From contig CBDESZ010000031.1 of NCBI GenBank assembly GCA_965242725.1, positions 64,001 through 128,000 of the forward strand: a stretch of DNA of 64,000 nucleotides, read 5' to 3'. This DNA is from Alkalispirochaeta sp. (GTDB taxonomy: Bacteria; Spirochaetota; Spirochaetia; DSM-27196; Alkalispirochaetaceae). Made by a program: the position numbers and the translations under genes. Position 1 is the stretch's first letter, and every line of letters starts with the position of its first letter. Below the pieces are notes generated by a model that saw nothing but the letters and a program-made list of their open reading frames with translations, ran no database searches and was not told the DNA's origin. This document shows positions 51,717 through 62,238 of this stretch, one piece after another.

Positions 51717-53210
51717 CTATAAACCCGATTTCAGTATTTGGCGGATCGTCTCCCGGGGACCCTGCCGGCGAAGACCGTGAAACCACTTGTCCACTTCCTT
51801 CCTGAATCCTTCACTCAGCCGCAGCGCAGCAGGGAATATGCTTTCCTGTTCGAGAAAGGGGGCGACCGACTGCTCACATTTCCCGGCGGCAGCCTGGATG
51901 GCGGAGGCGTTTGGATCCTTTACCGGTATGACGGCGCCGTTGTCGTCGGTACCCTGGAGAAAGACGATCCATGAGGCGACCGCAAAAGCTGCATGGGGAT
52001 ACGCCTTCCCTTCACGGTGAAGTTCAGCAACGGGATCAAGGATCATATTTGGGATTTTGCGAGACCCGTCCTCGCACAGCCGCAGGACCTGATCCCGGAT
52101 GGCGGCGTTGGAAAACCGTTCGACCAGTTTGTTCTGGTACTCCCGGAGATTGACCCCTGGAACTGATCCGACGGTCGGTTCAATCTCCTTCATGTATCTC
52201 CGTACATAGTTATTCACATCATTGTCGGCCATCGCGTCGTCGACGGCGCGAAAGCCGAGAAGGTAGGAAATATAGGCGAGGGCTGAATGTGATCCGTTGA
52301 GCAATCGAATTTTCATGCGCTCAAAGGGCGTTACGTCGGCTACCATGACCGCCCCTGCCTCTTCCCATCGGGGCCGGCCGTCGGAAAAGTCGTCTTCAAT
52401 AAACCACTGGATAAAATCCTCACACATGACGGGCCACCCGTCACGTATACCCCACGTCACGGCGACATATTCCCGATCCTTGTCCTCCGTTCCGGGCGTG
52501 ATTCGGTCTACCATGCAGTTGGGAAACTTCCCTATTTCCCGCAGTCGATCGGAGACCGAAGGATCGACTCTGTCGCTGTACTGGAGTACCAGTTTGCGGA
52601 GAATTGACCCGTTGTGGGGCAGGTTGTCGCAGGAAAGGAAGGTCGGGAGGGTTTTTCCGCCCTGGATTCTCAGCTGAGCGATGCGAAAGAGGCATCCAAT
52701 GACCGTTCCCGGGTTCTCCGGATTCTCCACATCCCGGATGATTGCGGGATCGGAAAAATCGAGATTCCGTTCATCTCCGACATAATGGTATCCGTTTTCG
52801 GTCACCGTCATGGAGACAATATGAAAGTCCCCGTCGGCAACCGCCTTGCACAGGTTGCCCGCACCGTCGGGAACATGAAAGTAGTCCGTAATGGAGCCGA
52901 CCACGCGGGCTTGTTCCTCCCGCGGGCCCCTGGCGACCATTGTATAGAGGCCGTCCTGGGAGTCCAGCGTCTCCGCCATCGTACGATCCCGTTCCGTGAG
53001 TCCGACACCGTTAATGACCCAGTCGCCGATCCCTCTGTTGAGAAGCTCGTCGGTGTAGACGGCCATATGGGCACGGTGAAATCCGCCGACACCGATGTGG
53101 AGGATCTTATGTGTCGAATCCTTGCGATTGTACGTCGGTACGGGCAGACGTTTTCCGATTTCCCGCAGTGTCGACGAGTTGAGGGGTAGTGTCGATCCAT
53201 CTTTCATCAC
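51717..53210 (-). CDS. mannitol dehydrogenase family long-chain polyol dehydrogenase
   Basis: [40 protein letters not shown]. Confidence 0.92.
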   Translation of the reverse strand: MMKDGSTLPLNSSTLREIGKRLPVPTYNRKDSTHKILHIGVGGFHRAHMAVYTDELLNRGIGDWVINGVGLTERDRTMAETLDSQDGLYTMVARGPREEQARVVGSITDYFHVPDGAGNLCKAVADGDFHIVSMTVTENGYHYVGDERNLDFSDPAIIRDVENPENPGTVIGCLFRIAQLRIQGGKTLPTFLSCDNLPHNGSILRKLVLQYSDRVDPSVSDRLREIGKFPNCMVDRITPGTEDKDREYVAVTWGIRDGWPVMCEDFIQWFIEDDFSDGRPRWEEAGAVMVADVTPFERMKIRLLNGSHSALAYISYLLGFRAVDDAMADNDVNNYVRRYMKEIEPTVGSVPGVNLREYQNKLVERFSNAAIRDQVLRLCEDGSRKIPNMILDPVAELHREGKAYPHAAFAVASWIVFLQGTDDNGAVIPVKDPNASAIQAAAGKCEQSVAPFLEQESIFPAALRLSEGFRKEVDKWFHGLRRQGPRETIRQILKSGL

Positions 53211-53241
53211 GTTCCTCCTGTGTGCTTCAATTGCGCCAATT

Positions 53242-54687
53242 TCACCCGTCCTCGTAAGGGACGGGACGTTTCTCCGAGGTGTAATTTTCATAGACACCGG
53301 CTCCGACGCCGGCGATGATCGCCGCACCGACGGCCGCCTCTTCCTTGTTTACCGGGTGCAGCACGGAAAGCCCGAGCTCATCTTGAAGAATTCTCTTGAG
53401 CAGCGGGTTTCTTCTGAGCGCGTTTCCAACACCGACAATATTTGTGTATTGATTCCGCAGCTCCCGCGGCAACTCCTGAAAAAACCCCTTGAGCTCACCG
53501 ACAATCCCCCTGAGGAATCCCTCAACGAGATAGTCAGGGGTGAGGTTTGATTTTCCGATTCCGGAAATCCGGCCGCGGGCGTCGGGATTCTGTCTCGTCC
53601 CGAGAAACTGCGTCTCCACGGTCAGTTTTTGGGCGTCCTGAAGGGAGTCGTAGGGTATTGAATTCATCTTCTGGAAAATATTACCCGGGTCTTTTCCGCC
53701 GTAGGTTATGCATATGTTCCTGAATAACTGCTCCAGAAGCTTGTATGAACTGCCTCCCGCGATGGAAGCGCCGGATATCAGCGTTCCCCCTCCCGGGAAC
53801 GGGCGGAGTTCGAGCGGCCCCAGCCACCCCGTATAGCGACCGGTGGAACGGTCGCGCAGCGTGTCAGCCCCATCCCTGGAGTAGACGCTGATCTGTGCAG
53901 AGGTACCGATGCCCACGAGGTATGACGAGTCAAAACTGCGGATCGCGCCGATACAGCTCGCCTGGTTGTCTCCGACGGCGGGAAAGATCGGTATGCCCTC
54001 CCGGGTGGTACCGATCGTCTCCCGGGACGGCGTGACGACGGGCAGGACGTCCTTCGATATTCCCAGACGATCAAGCGCCGCGACGTCGAACGTGCCGGAA
54101 GGTAAGTCGAAGCAGCCGAGGGAGTGGGCGTCCGTTGCGTCCAGACGGGGGATTTTGGAGCCGCTCAGGCGCATTGAAAGGTAGCCGAGAATTGTGGTGA
54201 GAAACGCGGCTTCCCCGGGTACTTTGTGTTCAAATTCATTGATTCGATGGGTTAAAAACCCGTAGCCGGGAGGAACGTACGAACCGGCGGCACCGCTCGC
54301 CCAGCGGGACCAGCTGCCGCCTGTTCCATCGAGGCCATTGTCGAGCCTTCCCCTCGTGTCCTGCCACGTATAGAGGGGACTCACATGTCGTCCCGTGTCG
54401 TCGACGTACACTATTCCGTGGACCTGTCCGGTGACCGATATCGCCCCGACATCTCCGCCAGGACCTCCCGCGTTCTGTTTCTCCTTCGCGGTACGCACGA
54501 GGGTAGAGACGATACCCAGTGCCGTCCCGACAATACGTTCAGGATCCTGAAGGTCTTCCTCCGTATAGTCCGACGGAATCCGCGCCTGGTGTTCCTCACT
54601 CACCAGGGCTTCAAGCTCAGCAGTTACGCTGTTGAGAAGGACGCCGGAAATTGAAGTCGTTCCCGCATCAATTCCGATAAGCCTCAT
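53242..54687 (-). CDS. FGGY carbohydrate kinase, sedoheptulokinase-like
   Basis: GIDAGTTS, TGQVHG, LYTWQD.R, GYG..T, GDNQAS, IGTSAQ, ELRPF, AS..GG, FLGTR. Confidence 0.75.
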   Translation of the reverse strand: MRLIGIDAGTTSISGVLLNSVTAELEALVSEEHQARIPSDYTEEDLQDPERIVGTALGIVSTLVRTAKEKQNAGGPGGDVGAISVTGQVHGIVYVDDTGRHVSPLYTWQDTRGRLDNGLDGTGGSWSRWASGAAGSYVPPGYGFLTHRINEFEHKVPGEAAFLTTILGYLSMRLSGSKIPRLDATDAHSLGCFDLPSGTFDVAALDRLGISKDVLPVVTPSRETIGTTREGIPIFPAVGDNQASCIGAIRSFDSSYLVGIGTSAQISVYSRDGADTLRDRSTGRYTGWLGPLELRPFPGGGTLISGASIAGGSSYKLLEQLFRNICITYGGKDPGNIFQKMNSIPYDSLQDAQKLTVETQFLGTRQNPDARGRISGIGKSNLTPDYLVEGFLRGIVGELKGFFQELPRELRNQYTNIVGVGNALRRNPLLKRILQDELGLSVLHPVNKEEAAVGAAIIAGVGAGVYENYTSEKRPVPYEDG

Positions 54688-54859
54688 GGTCGACCCCTTG
54701 CCAAAAAATTTTCATTGACGAATAATTAATTCAATGTAACAATACACTGGATTAAGTAATCCCGCAAGGGTGATTTTTCAGGGGAGTCAATGGGACTTCA
54801 TAAGTCAGGTGGTTAACGGTTTCGTCGAAACCGTAAATATTTTTTACAAGGAGGGTGAG

Positions 54860-56242
54860 ATGAAAAATATCTCTACCAAAGCTGTCTGGTCACTGATGCT
54901 TGTTGTCTTTCTCGTGACGGGTGCACAGGTATTCGCCGGGGGACAGGGAGAACAGGCGGCAACGTCGGGCGGGCCGGTGACGATCAACATCGCCTTGGCA
55001 AACAACCCGCTTTCACAGGCACTCTCGAGACTCGCCAACGAGTACTACGAGGAAGAAGGGGTTACGGTCAACATCGCTGTTCTGCCGGAGAACGACCTTC
55101 GACAGAGACTGACGACGGAAGCTTCGACGGGCGGTACGACCTACGACATGTTCTACGTCGGTCCCTATGAAGCCAACAACTGGGCCCGGAACGGCTGGCT
55201 TGAAAACCTGGAACCCTATTTTGACGCCATGTCCGCCGAGGAACGGGAATGGTATGATGCAGATGATCTGATCCAGGGTATGGTGGACTCCCTCTCTCTT
55301 GATGGTGAGCGATACGGTCTGCCCTTCTACGGTGAAGCGTCTTTCATCATGTACAACAAGGAACTCTTCGAGCAAAACGGTCTGACCATGCCGGAACAGC
55401 CGACGTGGGAAGAGATCTATGATCTCGCGGTACAGATCCACGATCCCGCAAACGGCGTTGTCGGAATGACGATGCGCGGCGCACCCGGATGGGGTATGAG
55501 CGGTGCACCATTTGTAACGATGGTAAACGCCTTCGGCGGCCGGTTCTACGACATGGACTGGAACGCAACGGTGGACACTCCCGAGCAGCGCGCCGCCTGG
55601 CAGATGTACAAGAACATTCTCCGTGACGCAGGCCAGGAAGACATCCTTTCCTATACCTACAACGAGTGTATCGCTCTCATGCAGTCAGGTGGTGCCGGTA
55701 TGTACTATGACGCCACTTCCATCGCGCCTCCTCTTGAATCCGACGAGTCGGCCATTCAGGGAAAGGTCGGATATGCATTGCCGCCGGTACAAGTAAAAGA
55801 AGGGAATACGTCATGGCTGTGGAACTGGGCGATGGGCATCAACCCCAACTCAACCCAGGCCAAGAAAGAAGCGGTCTTTGACTTCATGCTCTGGGCGACG
55901 TCCAAAGAGTACATCAACCTTTCCATGGAAGTTGATCCCACCGGTGCAAGCACGCCGCCTGCTTCCCGTTCTTCCACGTACGAGCATCCGGTGTACGCCG
56001 ACGTGCCCTACGCCGACATGACCCTGCGGACCCTGGAGTCAATTGACTTCACCGATCCGACTGTTGATCCCGTACCGTATGTCGGTCTGCAGTACATCGC
56101 GATTCCCGAATTTGCAAACGCCGGAACTCAAATGACCGAGTGGCTGGCAGCATACGTGGTTGACGAAATGAGCCTCGACGAAGCGATTCGTCGCACCAAT
56201 GACCTCTTCAACCAGGTCGCGGTCGACGGTGGTTACCGATAA
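54860..56242 (+). CDS. polyol ABC transporter substrate-binding protein (SmoE/MtlE-like)
   Basis: Signal region ending FAGGQGE, LPENDLR, PFYGE.S, RG.PGWG, WLW.W, VPYVG.QY..IPEF. Confidence 0.88.
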   Translation: MKNISTKAVWSLMLVVFLVTGAQVFAGGQGEQAATSGGPVTINIALANNPLSQALSRLANEYYEEEGVTVNIAVLPENDLRQRLTTEASTGGTTYDMFYVGPYEANNWARNGWLENLEPYFDAMSAEEREWYDADDLIQGMVDSLSLDGERYGLPFYGEASFIMYNKELFEQNGLTMPEQPTWEEIYDLAVQIHDPANGVVGMTMRGAPGWGMSGAPFVTMVNAFGGRFYDMDWNATVDTPEQRAAWQMYKNILRDAGQEDILSYTYNECIALMQSGGAGMYYDATSIAPPLESDESAIQGKVGYALPPVQVKEGNTSWLWNWAMGINPNSTQAKKEAVFDFMLWATSKEYINLSMEVDPTGASTPPASRSSTYEHPVYADVPYADMTLRTLESIDFTDPTVDPVPYVGLQYIAIPEFANAGTQMTEWLAAYVVDEMSLDEAIRRTNDLFNQVAVDGGYR

Positions 56243-56268
56243 TCCCGGATGCCGTGGTATCATATACA

Positions 56269-56293
56269 CTCCCCGATCCTCTGGATCGGGGAG
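56269..56293 (+). terminator. stem-loop after the binding-protein gene
   Basis: CTCCCCGATCC-tct-GGATCGGGGAG. Confidence 0.65.
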
Positions 56294-56322
56294 GCTCATC
56301 TTTTCAAGGGGGTGGCTGAATC

Positions 56323-57213
56323 ATGATAAAAAAGAAACATGATGGGGCTTTTATCATTCCGGCAATTGTAATCGTCGCCGTGATGACGCAGGTGCCGTTT
56401 CTCCTCACCATTATCTATTCCACGTTGCGATGGAACCTTGCGCGTCCCGACCTCCCGATACAGTTTACCGGCCTTGACAACTACATCCACTTTTTTGAAG
56501 CGCCCTATTTCCCTGAACTCCCGGTACTGTACCATGTTGTATGGCAGACAATTGTGATGACCGGCGGCGCACTTGTCCTCTGTACCGTTATCGGTTTCCT
56601 TCTTGCCATTCTGCTGGATAACGAAATTCCCGGTATCAACCTGGCCCGGACCCTCATACTCGGCCCATTTTTCGTCATGTCAACGGCGAGCGGGGTTATA
56701 TGGAAGACGACGATCTTCAATACGACCTTCGGCTGGTACGGGGTAGTGGCGCGGGCATTCGGCGTCCAGCCGGTTGATCTGCTGAGCAATTTCCCGATGG
56801 CCGTCATTATCCTGCTCTTTACCTGGCGATGGATGCCCTTTTTCGTGCTCATCATGCTGGCGGGGTTGCAGAGTATCTCCGAGGATCTCATAGACGCGAC
56901 AAAGATCGACGGTACCAACTGGTTTCAGGCAACCTTTTTTGTGAAGCTGCCGGTTATCAGTAAGCATGTGACCGTCGCGGTCATGCTTGGTCTCATTTTC
57001 ATCGTGAAGGAGTTTGGTCTGATCCTTGTCACAACGGCGGGCGGACCGGGTACGAGTTCCTATAACCTTCCCTTTGCGGTATACATGCAGGTCTTCAACG
57101 CCTCCAACGTCGGACGCGCCGGGGCGCTTGCAACGTTGACGGTAATTCTGAGCCTCTTTGCGGTGAGCATGGTATATCGGCTGCTCAAGAAGCAGAGCGC
57201 CATTTATGACTAA
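56323..57213 (+). CDS. carbohydrate ABC transporter permease
   Basis: GLDNY, W.WMPF...LAGLQS, EAA-like DATKIDG. Confidence 0.9.
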   Translation: MIKKKHDGAFIIPAIVIVAVMTQVPFLLTIIYSTLRWNLARPDLPIQFTGLDNYIHFFEAPYFPELPVLYHVVWQTIVMTGGALVLCTVIGFLLAILLDNEIPGINLARTLILGPFFVMSTASGVIWKTTIFNTTFGWYGVVARAFGVQPVDLLSNFPMAVIILLFTWRWMPFFVLIMLAGLQSISEDLIDATKIDGTNWFQATFFVKLPVISKHVTVAVMLGLIFIVKEFGLILVTTAGGPGTSSYNLPFAVYMQVFNASNVGRAGALATLTVILSLFAVSMVYRLLKKQSAIYD

Positions 57214-57228
57214 TTCGAGGAGAGCGTT

Positions 57229-58098
57229 ATGAGTAACGAAACCGTTGCGATGAAGCAACACCGTATAACCATGTTCAAGAGGCTGTCCAGAAAAAGCATT
57301 CTCACCATCATCATATTCGGCGTGGCGATTCTCTATTTTTTTCCAGTGCTCTACATGTTTCTGACGGCATTCAAGACTGAGGCGCAGGCTGCCACTCCGG
57401 CGCTTACATTTGATCCTACCCTGCAGACGATCAGAAAGGTACTGGGCGACCGGAATATGCTTGGATTCCTGAGGAACTCCCTCTTTCAGGTCGTGGCAGG
57501 TACCTTTTTCTGCCTCCTCCTGGGCATACCTGCGGCGTTTGCCCTCGTATTCGGGCAGTTCAAGAAAAAGACGACAAATGAAAAGCTCTATGTATGGTTT
57601 ATAACCACCATTCTCCTGCCTCCCGTGGCGGTCATCATACCCCTCTACACGTGGTTTCAGCAGTTTAATCTCATCGGAAGTCCCCTGGGTCTTCTGCTTG
57701 CATACATCGGATTTCATGTGCCCATTGTGGTATGGATGCTTCACTCCTTCTTTGCGGACGTTCCGAAATCGGTGATCGAAGCGTCCGAAATAGACGGCTG
57801 CAATCGCTTCCAGCAGCTGATACTTATTGCGATACCTCTTGTACGGGTCGGTATATTCTCCGCAGGACTTCTTGTGGCCGTCTTCATATGGAACGAGTTT
57901 TTTCTCGCCTTTAACCTGACGGGAAATACCACGGCCACCCTGCCGGTATATATGGCGCGATTCAGGGAACAGCAGGGTATGTTCACCGCCCAGCTGTCCG
58001 CCGCCTCGACGGTGGCGATATTACCGCCGGTGATATTCGGGTGGCTTACCCAGAAATCCCTCGTAAAGGGCCTGACCCTCGGATCGGTGAAAGGATAG
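57229..58098 (+). CDS. carbohydrate ABC transporter permease
   Basis: NSL, P.SVIEASEIDG, WNEF, QKSLVKGLT.G.VKG. Confidence 0.9.
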   Translation: MSNETVAMKQHRITMFKRLSRKSILTIIIFGVAILYFFPVLYMFLTAFKTEAQAATPALTFDPTLQTIRKVLGDRNMLGFLRNSLFQVVAGTFFCLLLGIPAAFALVFGQFKKKTTNEKLYVWFITTILLPPVAVIIPLYTWFQQFNLIGSPLGLLLAYIGFHVPIVVWMLHSFFADVPKSVIEASEIDGCNRFQQLILIAIPLVRVGIFSAGLLVAVFIWNEFFLAFNLTGNTTATLPVYMARFREQQGMFTAQLSAASTVAILPPVIFGWLTQKSLVKGLTLGSVKG

Positions 58099-58231
58099 GG
58101 AATAGACGATATACTGCCCGTTACGAAAACAGCTTTTGTTGTGCTGCAGTCGTTTCGGTTGCTGCGTTGCGGCAACCGGAATCACGAAGATATCCGGCTG
58201 ACGCCGCCTATTTTCGTAGTAGGGAGGAATA

Positions 58232-59425
58232 GTGTATCTGGTTGAAGGTTTGAATCAAAAACGGGCGCAGGTTCTGAACCGCTCGTTGGTGCTCAACATT
58301 CTGCGTCAGGCCGGGGTCTGTTCCCGGGCGGATCTCGCCCGGCGGGCAAATCTGCGGCAGGCGACGATCACAAATATCACCAAGGAGCTCATCGCCCTGG
58401 GGTATATCAGGGAAACGGGGTATCTGCCGGGAAACAGCGGGCGTCGCTCCGTCGGCCTCGCCGTAGACGAGACGCGGCACCGCATCATTGCCGCACGTCT
58501 CACCCGACAGCACTTCACGGTCGGTCTCTTTACCGTCCTCGGTACGGAGCTGAGTGAAGAACGGGAAAAGATCAGCGTAAACGACGGTATAGAAAACGCC
58601 CTTGACCGCATGGCCGAGGTTGTCAATCGCATGGTCAATAGTATCGGCCGGGAGCAGATACTGGGCCTCGGTCTCGGTGTGCCGGGACCGTTTATCCGCA
58701 ATGAGTCACGGATAGCCCTTGTTACGGGCTTTCCGGGGTGGTCCCACATCTCCCTTCGCGATGAAATCGAGCAGCGTATCGACCTGCCCCTGATTCTGGA
58801 GCACGATGCAAATGCCGGCGCCGTGGCGGAATGGTGGATCGGCGCGGGAAGTACCGGTGAATACAATTCGATGGTCTATTTTGTCGTCGGTCAGGGCGTA
58901 GGGGCAGGTATCATTCACAACGGAAGGCTCTTTCGGGGCGCCCTCGGCACGGCGGGGGAGGTTGGCCATCACACGATCCGGTATGACGGTCCCCAGTGCG
59001 AGTGCGGCAACAGGGGCTGTCTGGAACTTTACTGTTCCAGCAGGGCGATGACGGGCAACTACCGCACCGAGCTGGAACGACGGGACGGCGTACCGTTGAA
59101 TCGTGAAGTGACCTTTGACGATCTCGTATCAGCCTACAACGACAACGAACCGACCGCCCGGGGGGTGGTGGACGCGGCGGCGGGCTTCATGGCCGTCGGT
59201 CTTGCAAACATCGTAAACGTACTGAATCCGAATATGATCGTCATCGGCGACGAAATCCCCGCCTTTGGTGACGATCTGGTCAATTCGGTGAGGGAAAAAC
59301 TCGAGCCGCTGCTGGTTCGGGACATGTACGACGGTGTCGACATTCGCAGATCGTCCTTTGGGGACGACGCGACGATTCGCGGTATGGCAATGATCGTGGC
59401 AGAGGAAACGCTGTCGCTTGAGTAA
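58232..59425 (+). CDS. ROK-family transcriptional regulator
   Basis: N-terminal HTH SRADLAR, GRR, HDANAGA.AE, GEVGH, CECGNRGCLE. Confidence 0.93.
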   Translation: MYLVEGLNQKRAQVLNRSLVLNILRQAGVCSRADLARRANLRQATITNITKELIALGYIRETGYLPGNSGRRSVGLAVDETRHRIIAARLTRQHFTVGLFTVLGTELSEEREKISVNDGIENALDRMAEVVNRMVNSIGREQILGLGLGVPGPFIRNESRIALVTGFPGWSHISLRDEIEQRIDLPLILEHDANAGAVAEWWIGAGSTGEYNSMVYFVVGQGVGAGIIHNGRLFRGALGTAGEVGHHTIRYDGPQCECGNRGCLELYCSSRAMTGNYRTELERRDGVPLNREVTFDDLVSAYNDNEPTARGVVDAAAGFMAVGLANIVNVLNPNMIVIGDEIPAFGDDLVNSVREKLEPLLVRDMYDGVDIRRSSFGDDATIRGMAMIVAEETLSLE

Positions 59426-59465
59426 CGGACACATACCGAAACATCGAGGAAAGGAAGGAACAGCA

Positions 59466-60254
59466 ATGAAATTCGAGGGAAAAAATATTCTCGTCACCGG
59501 AGCGGCGGGAGACATCGGTTTTGCCGTGGCGGAGCGCTTTGCCGCGGAAGGCGCGCAGGTGCTGCTCACGGATCTGCAGGAAGAAAAGCTGCAGAGCCGT
59601 AAAGAGCAGATCCGGGAAGCCGGCGGTTCGGCAAAAACATATATCGCCGATGTCACCGATATGGATTCCCTAACCGCGATGGTTCGGGACATCGAAGACG
59701 CCCGATTGCGTATCGACTTTCTCTTTAACAATGCAGGGTATCAGGGCGCCTTTCAAAAGACATTCGAGTATCCCCCCGAGGATTTCAAGAAAGTTATAGA
59801 AATCAATCTGATCGGGGCTTTCAACGTGCTGCGGATCGTCTCGGAACACATGGTCCGGCACGGCGGTGGATGCATCGTCAATACGGCGAGTATGGCCGGG
59901 GTGGAAGGGCCGCCCAACATGATCGCCTACGGGGCGAGCAAGTTCGGCGTCGTTGGCATAACCGAGAGCGCCTCCAAAGACCTTGCTCCCTACAACATTC
60001 GCGTCAACGCGATCTCTCCCGCCTTTATGGGACCGGGCTTTATGTGGGAACGGCAAGTGGAGCTGCAGGCGAAGGCCGGCTCGCAGTACTTTGATTCAAA
60101 CCCGGACGTGGTCAAGAAACAGATGATCGGCTCGGTGCCGATGCGGCGCTACGGCGACCTGCGGGAAATACCAGGCACGGTGGTGTATCTCATGAGCGAC
60201 GATGCGAGCTACGTGACGGGCGTCAACATTCCCATCGCCGGCGGTATCCTCTAG
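59466..60254 (+). CDS. NAD-dependent xylitol dehydrogenase-like SDR
   Basis: DFLFNNAGYQGAF, GPPNM.AYG.SK, GPGFMWERQVELQAK.GSQYF and MIGSVPMRRYGD resemble Gluconobacter xylitol dehydrogenase as I recall it. Confidence 0.8.
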   Translation: MKFEGKNILVTGAAGDIGFAVAERFAAEGAQVLLTDLQEEKLQSRKEQIREAGGSAKTYIADVTDMDSLTAMVRDIEDARLRIDFLFNNAGYQGAFQKTFEYPPEDFKKVIEINLIGAFNVLRIVSEHMVRHGGGCIVNTASMAGVEGPPNMIAYGASKFGVVGITESASKDLAPYNIRVNAISPAFMGPGFMWERQVELQAKAGSQYFDSNPDVVKKQMIGSVPMRRYGDLREIPGTVVYLMSDDASYVTGVNIPIAGGIL

Positions 60255-60261
60255 AGGGCGT

Positions 60262-61320
60262 ATGGCACATATTGCGATTGTCGGAGCGGGGCTGATGGGA
60301 AGCGCCGTGGCGTGGCCGCTGTCCGATAACGGGCATACCGTCTCCCTGGTGGGTACGCACCTTGATGGAGATATCATCGATCAGGCCAGGAAGTCCGGTT
60401 TCCATCGGACCTTGCGGCGGCAGCTGCCGCCGAGGGTGACGCCGTATGGGATTGAGGAGATTGAAAAGGCTGTCGAAACGGCGGACCTCGTCGTCTCGGG
60501 GGTGAACTCCTGGGGAGTTGAGTGGATCGGAGAAACCCTCTCCCGTGTCCTGAAACGGGGCCGTGACGTCATCGCCGTGACAAAGGGACTCAAGACAACC
60601 GACGACGGATCGGTGCAGATCTTTCCCGACGTGATTGCCGCGTATCTGCCGGAGGCGGTGCGGGAGTCGAGCCATTTCATGGCCATCGGCGGACCGTGCA
60701 TCGCCGGGGAACTTGCCGGCAGAAGACCGACCTGTGTCCTGTTCGGGGCGAGGGATGGAGCGGCGGCTCGCCGGACGGCGGAGCTCTTCCGGACCGACTA
60801 TTATCACATCTGGCCGACGGCGGACCTGTGGAGTCTCGAGCTGGCGGTGGCTCTGAAGAATGCCTACGTCCTCGGCGTGGGAATCGCAAACGGCATGCTC
60901 GAGGCGGCGGGCGGTGAAGACGGAGCGGGGGCGCGCATGTACAACTCCGCGGCGGCGACCTTCGCCCAGGGGTTGTACGAAATGGAGCAAATCCTCACCG
61001 CTCTGGGCGGGAACGGAGCGTACGCCCACAGCCTGCCCGGGGCGGGAGACCAGTACGTGACCGCCATGGGAGGCCGGACGGTGCGTCTGGGGACGCTCAT
61101 CGGACGGGGCTACCGCTATACTGAAGCGCGGGCCGAGATGGCGGGCGAAACGCTTGAAAGCACGTCGATCATTGAGGCGATGGGGCGCCTCTATCCCCGC
61201 CTTCGGGACAATCGGGACATACGGGACGGTTCACTTCCACTTCTTGAAACGCTCATCGCGGCGATTGTAGGGAACGAGCAGGTGAAACTTCCTTTCGATC
61301 GATATTTTTCTTCACTGTGA
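60262..61320 (+). CDS. NAD(P)-dependent glycerol-3-phosphate dehydrogenase family protein (divergent GpsA-like)
   Basis: GAGLMGSA, TKGL, GGP..A.E, ALKN, G.GD..VT..GGR. Confidence 0.8.
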   Translation: MAHIAIVGAGLMGSAVAWPLSDNGHTVSLVGTHLDGDIIDQARKSGFHRTLRRQLPPRVTPYGIEEIEKAVETADLVVSGVNSWGVEWIGETLSRVLKRGRDVIAVTKGLKTTDDGSVQIFPDVIAAYLPEAVRESSHFMAIGGPCIAGELAGRRPTCVLFGARDGAAARRTAELFRTDYYHIWPTADLWSLELAVALKNAYVLGVGIANGMLEAAGGEDGAGARMYNSAAATFAQGLYEMEQILTALGGNGAYAHSLPGAGDQYVTAMGGRTVRLGTLIGRGYRYTEARAEMAGETLESTSIIEAMGRLYPRLRDNRDIRDGSLPLLETLIAAIVGNEQVKLPFDRYFSSL

Positions 61321-61392
61321 TGTGACGAACGGGGTGATTCCGGACAGGCACCGTATGGAAGAGGGACGGTGCCATACCATAAGGAGGAAACG

Positions 61393-62238
61393 ATGCAATT
61401 TGGTGCTCACGCCTTTGTGTGGGAAGGTGAATGGAACCGTGAGGCGGCAAAACGGGTCATAGAAGGAGCCGCCGGCGCCGGCCTTGATTTTGTCGAGATA
61501 CCGCTCCTCCGGCTCGATACCTACGATCCGGCCGAGACAAAGCGTATGCTCGAGGCAAACGGCCTGTACGCAACATTCTCCCTCGGTCTCCCCGCAACGG
61601 CGAGCCTTCCTGAAAACCCCGTCGGAGCGGAACGGTTTCTCACGGAGGTTCTCCGGAAAGTCGCCGAAACCGGCTCACAGACGCTGACGGGAGTCATTTA
61701 TGGAACCCTTGGTGAACTTCCAGGCCGACGTCCAACTGAAGGGGACTACGAGACGATCGCAGGGGTCCTCGGAAAGATTGCGGGAGAGGCGCGCTCCCGG
61801 GGAATCCGTATCGGAATAGAACCTGTAAACCGGTACGAGACGTTCCTCGTCAACACCGCCGCCCAGGCGATCGATCTCATTGAGCGGATCGGTGCGGAGA
61901 ACGTCTTTGTTCACCTCGATACCTACCACCTCAACATCGAGGAGACCTCATTTGGTGACGCAATCCGGACCGCCGGATCGAGAATGGAGTACATCCACCT
62001 CTCCGAGAGTCATCGCGGGACTCCCGGCACCGGTACCGTCAATTGGGACGACGTCTTTCAGGGGCTGAAGGACATAGAGTTCCCCGGTGCGCTCACCATG
62101 GAATCTTTTGTAAAACTGAATCCCGACATCGCCCGGGCGACGTGCATGTGGCGGGATATCGTCAGGGATCCGAAGAAGCTCGTTCAGGACGGCGTGGCCT
62201 TCCTGCGCGGTAAAGCGGAGGAGTACGGTCTTCAATAA
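61393..62238 (+). CDS. ketose 3-epimerase (D-tagatose/D-psicose/L-ribulose 3-epimerase family)
   Basis: EPVNRYE, HLDTYH.NIEE, HLSESHRG.PG.G, MESF, WR. Confidence 0.88.
   Translation: MQFGAHAFVWEGEWNREAAKRVIEGAAGAGLDFVEIPLLRLDTYDPAETKRMLEANGLYATFSLGLPATASLPENPVGAERFLTEVLRKVAETGSQTLTGVIYGTLGELPGRRPTEGDYETIAGVLGKIAGEARSRGIRIGIEPVNRYETFLVNTAAQAIDLIERIGAENVFVHLDTYHLNIEETSFGDAIRTAGSRMEYIHLSESHRGTPGTGTVNWDDVFQGLKDIEFPGALTMESFVKLNPDIARATCMWRDIVRDPKKLVQDGVAFLRGKAEEYGLQ

Noticed and set aside
54860..58098. Polyol ABC system lacking an ATPase gene
   Set aside because: Carbohydrate (CUT1) ABC systems commonly share an ATPase encoded elsewhere.
634..61029. Long antisense ORFs such as 634-1752, 2739-3671, 6477-7616, 17762-19078 and 56680-57744
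   Set aside because: They shadow well-supported genes in GC-rich DNA and have no recognisable motifs.
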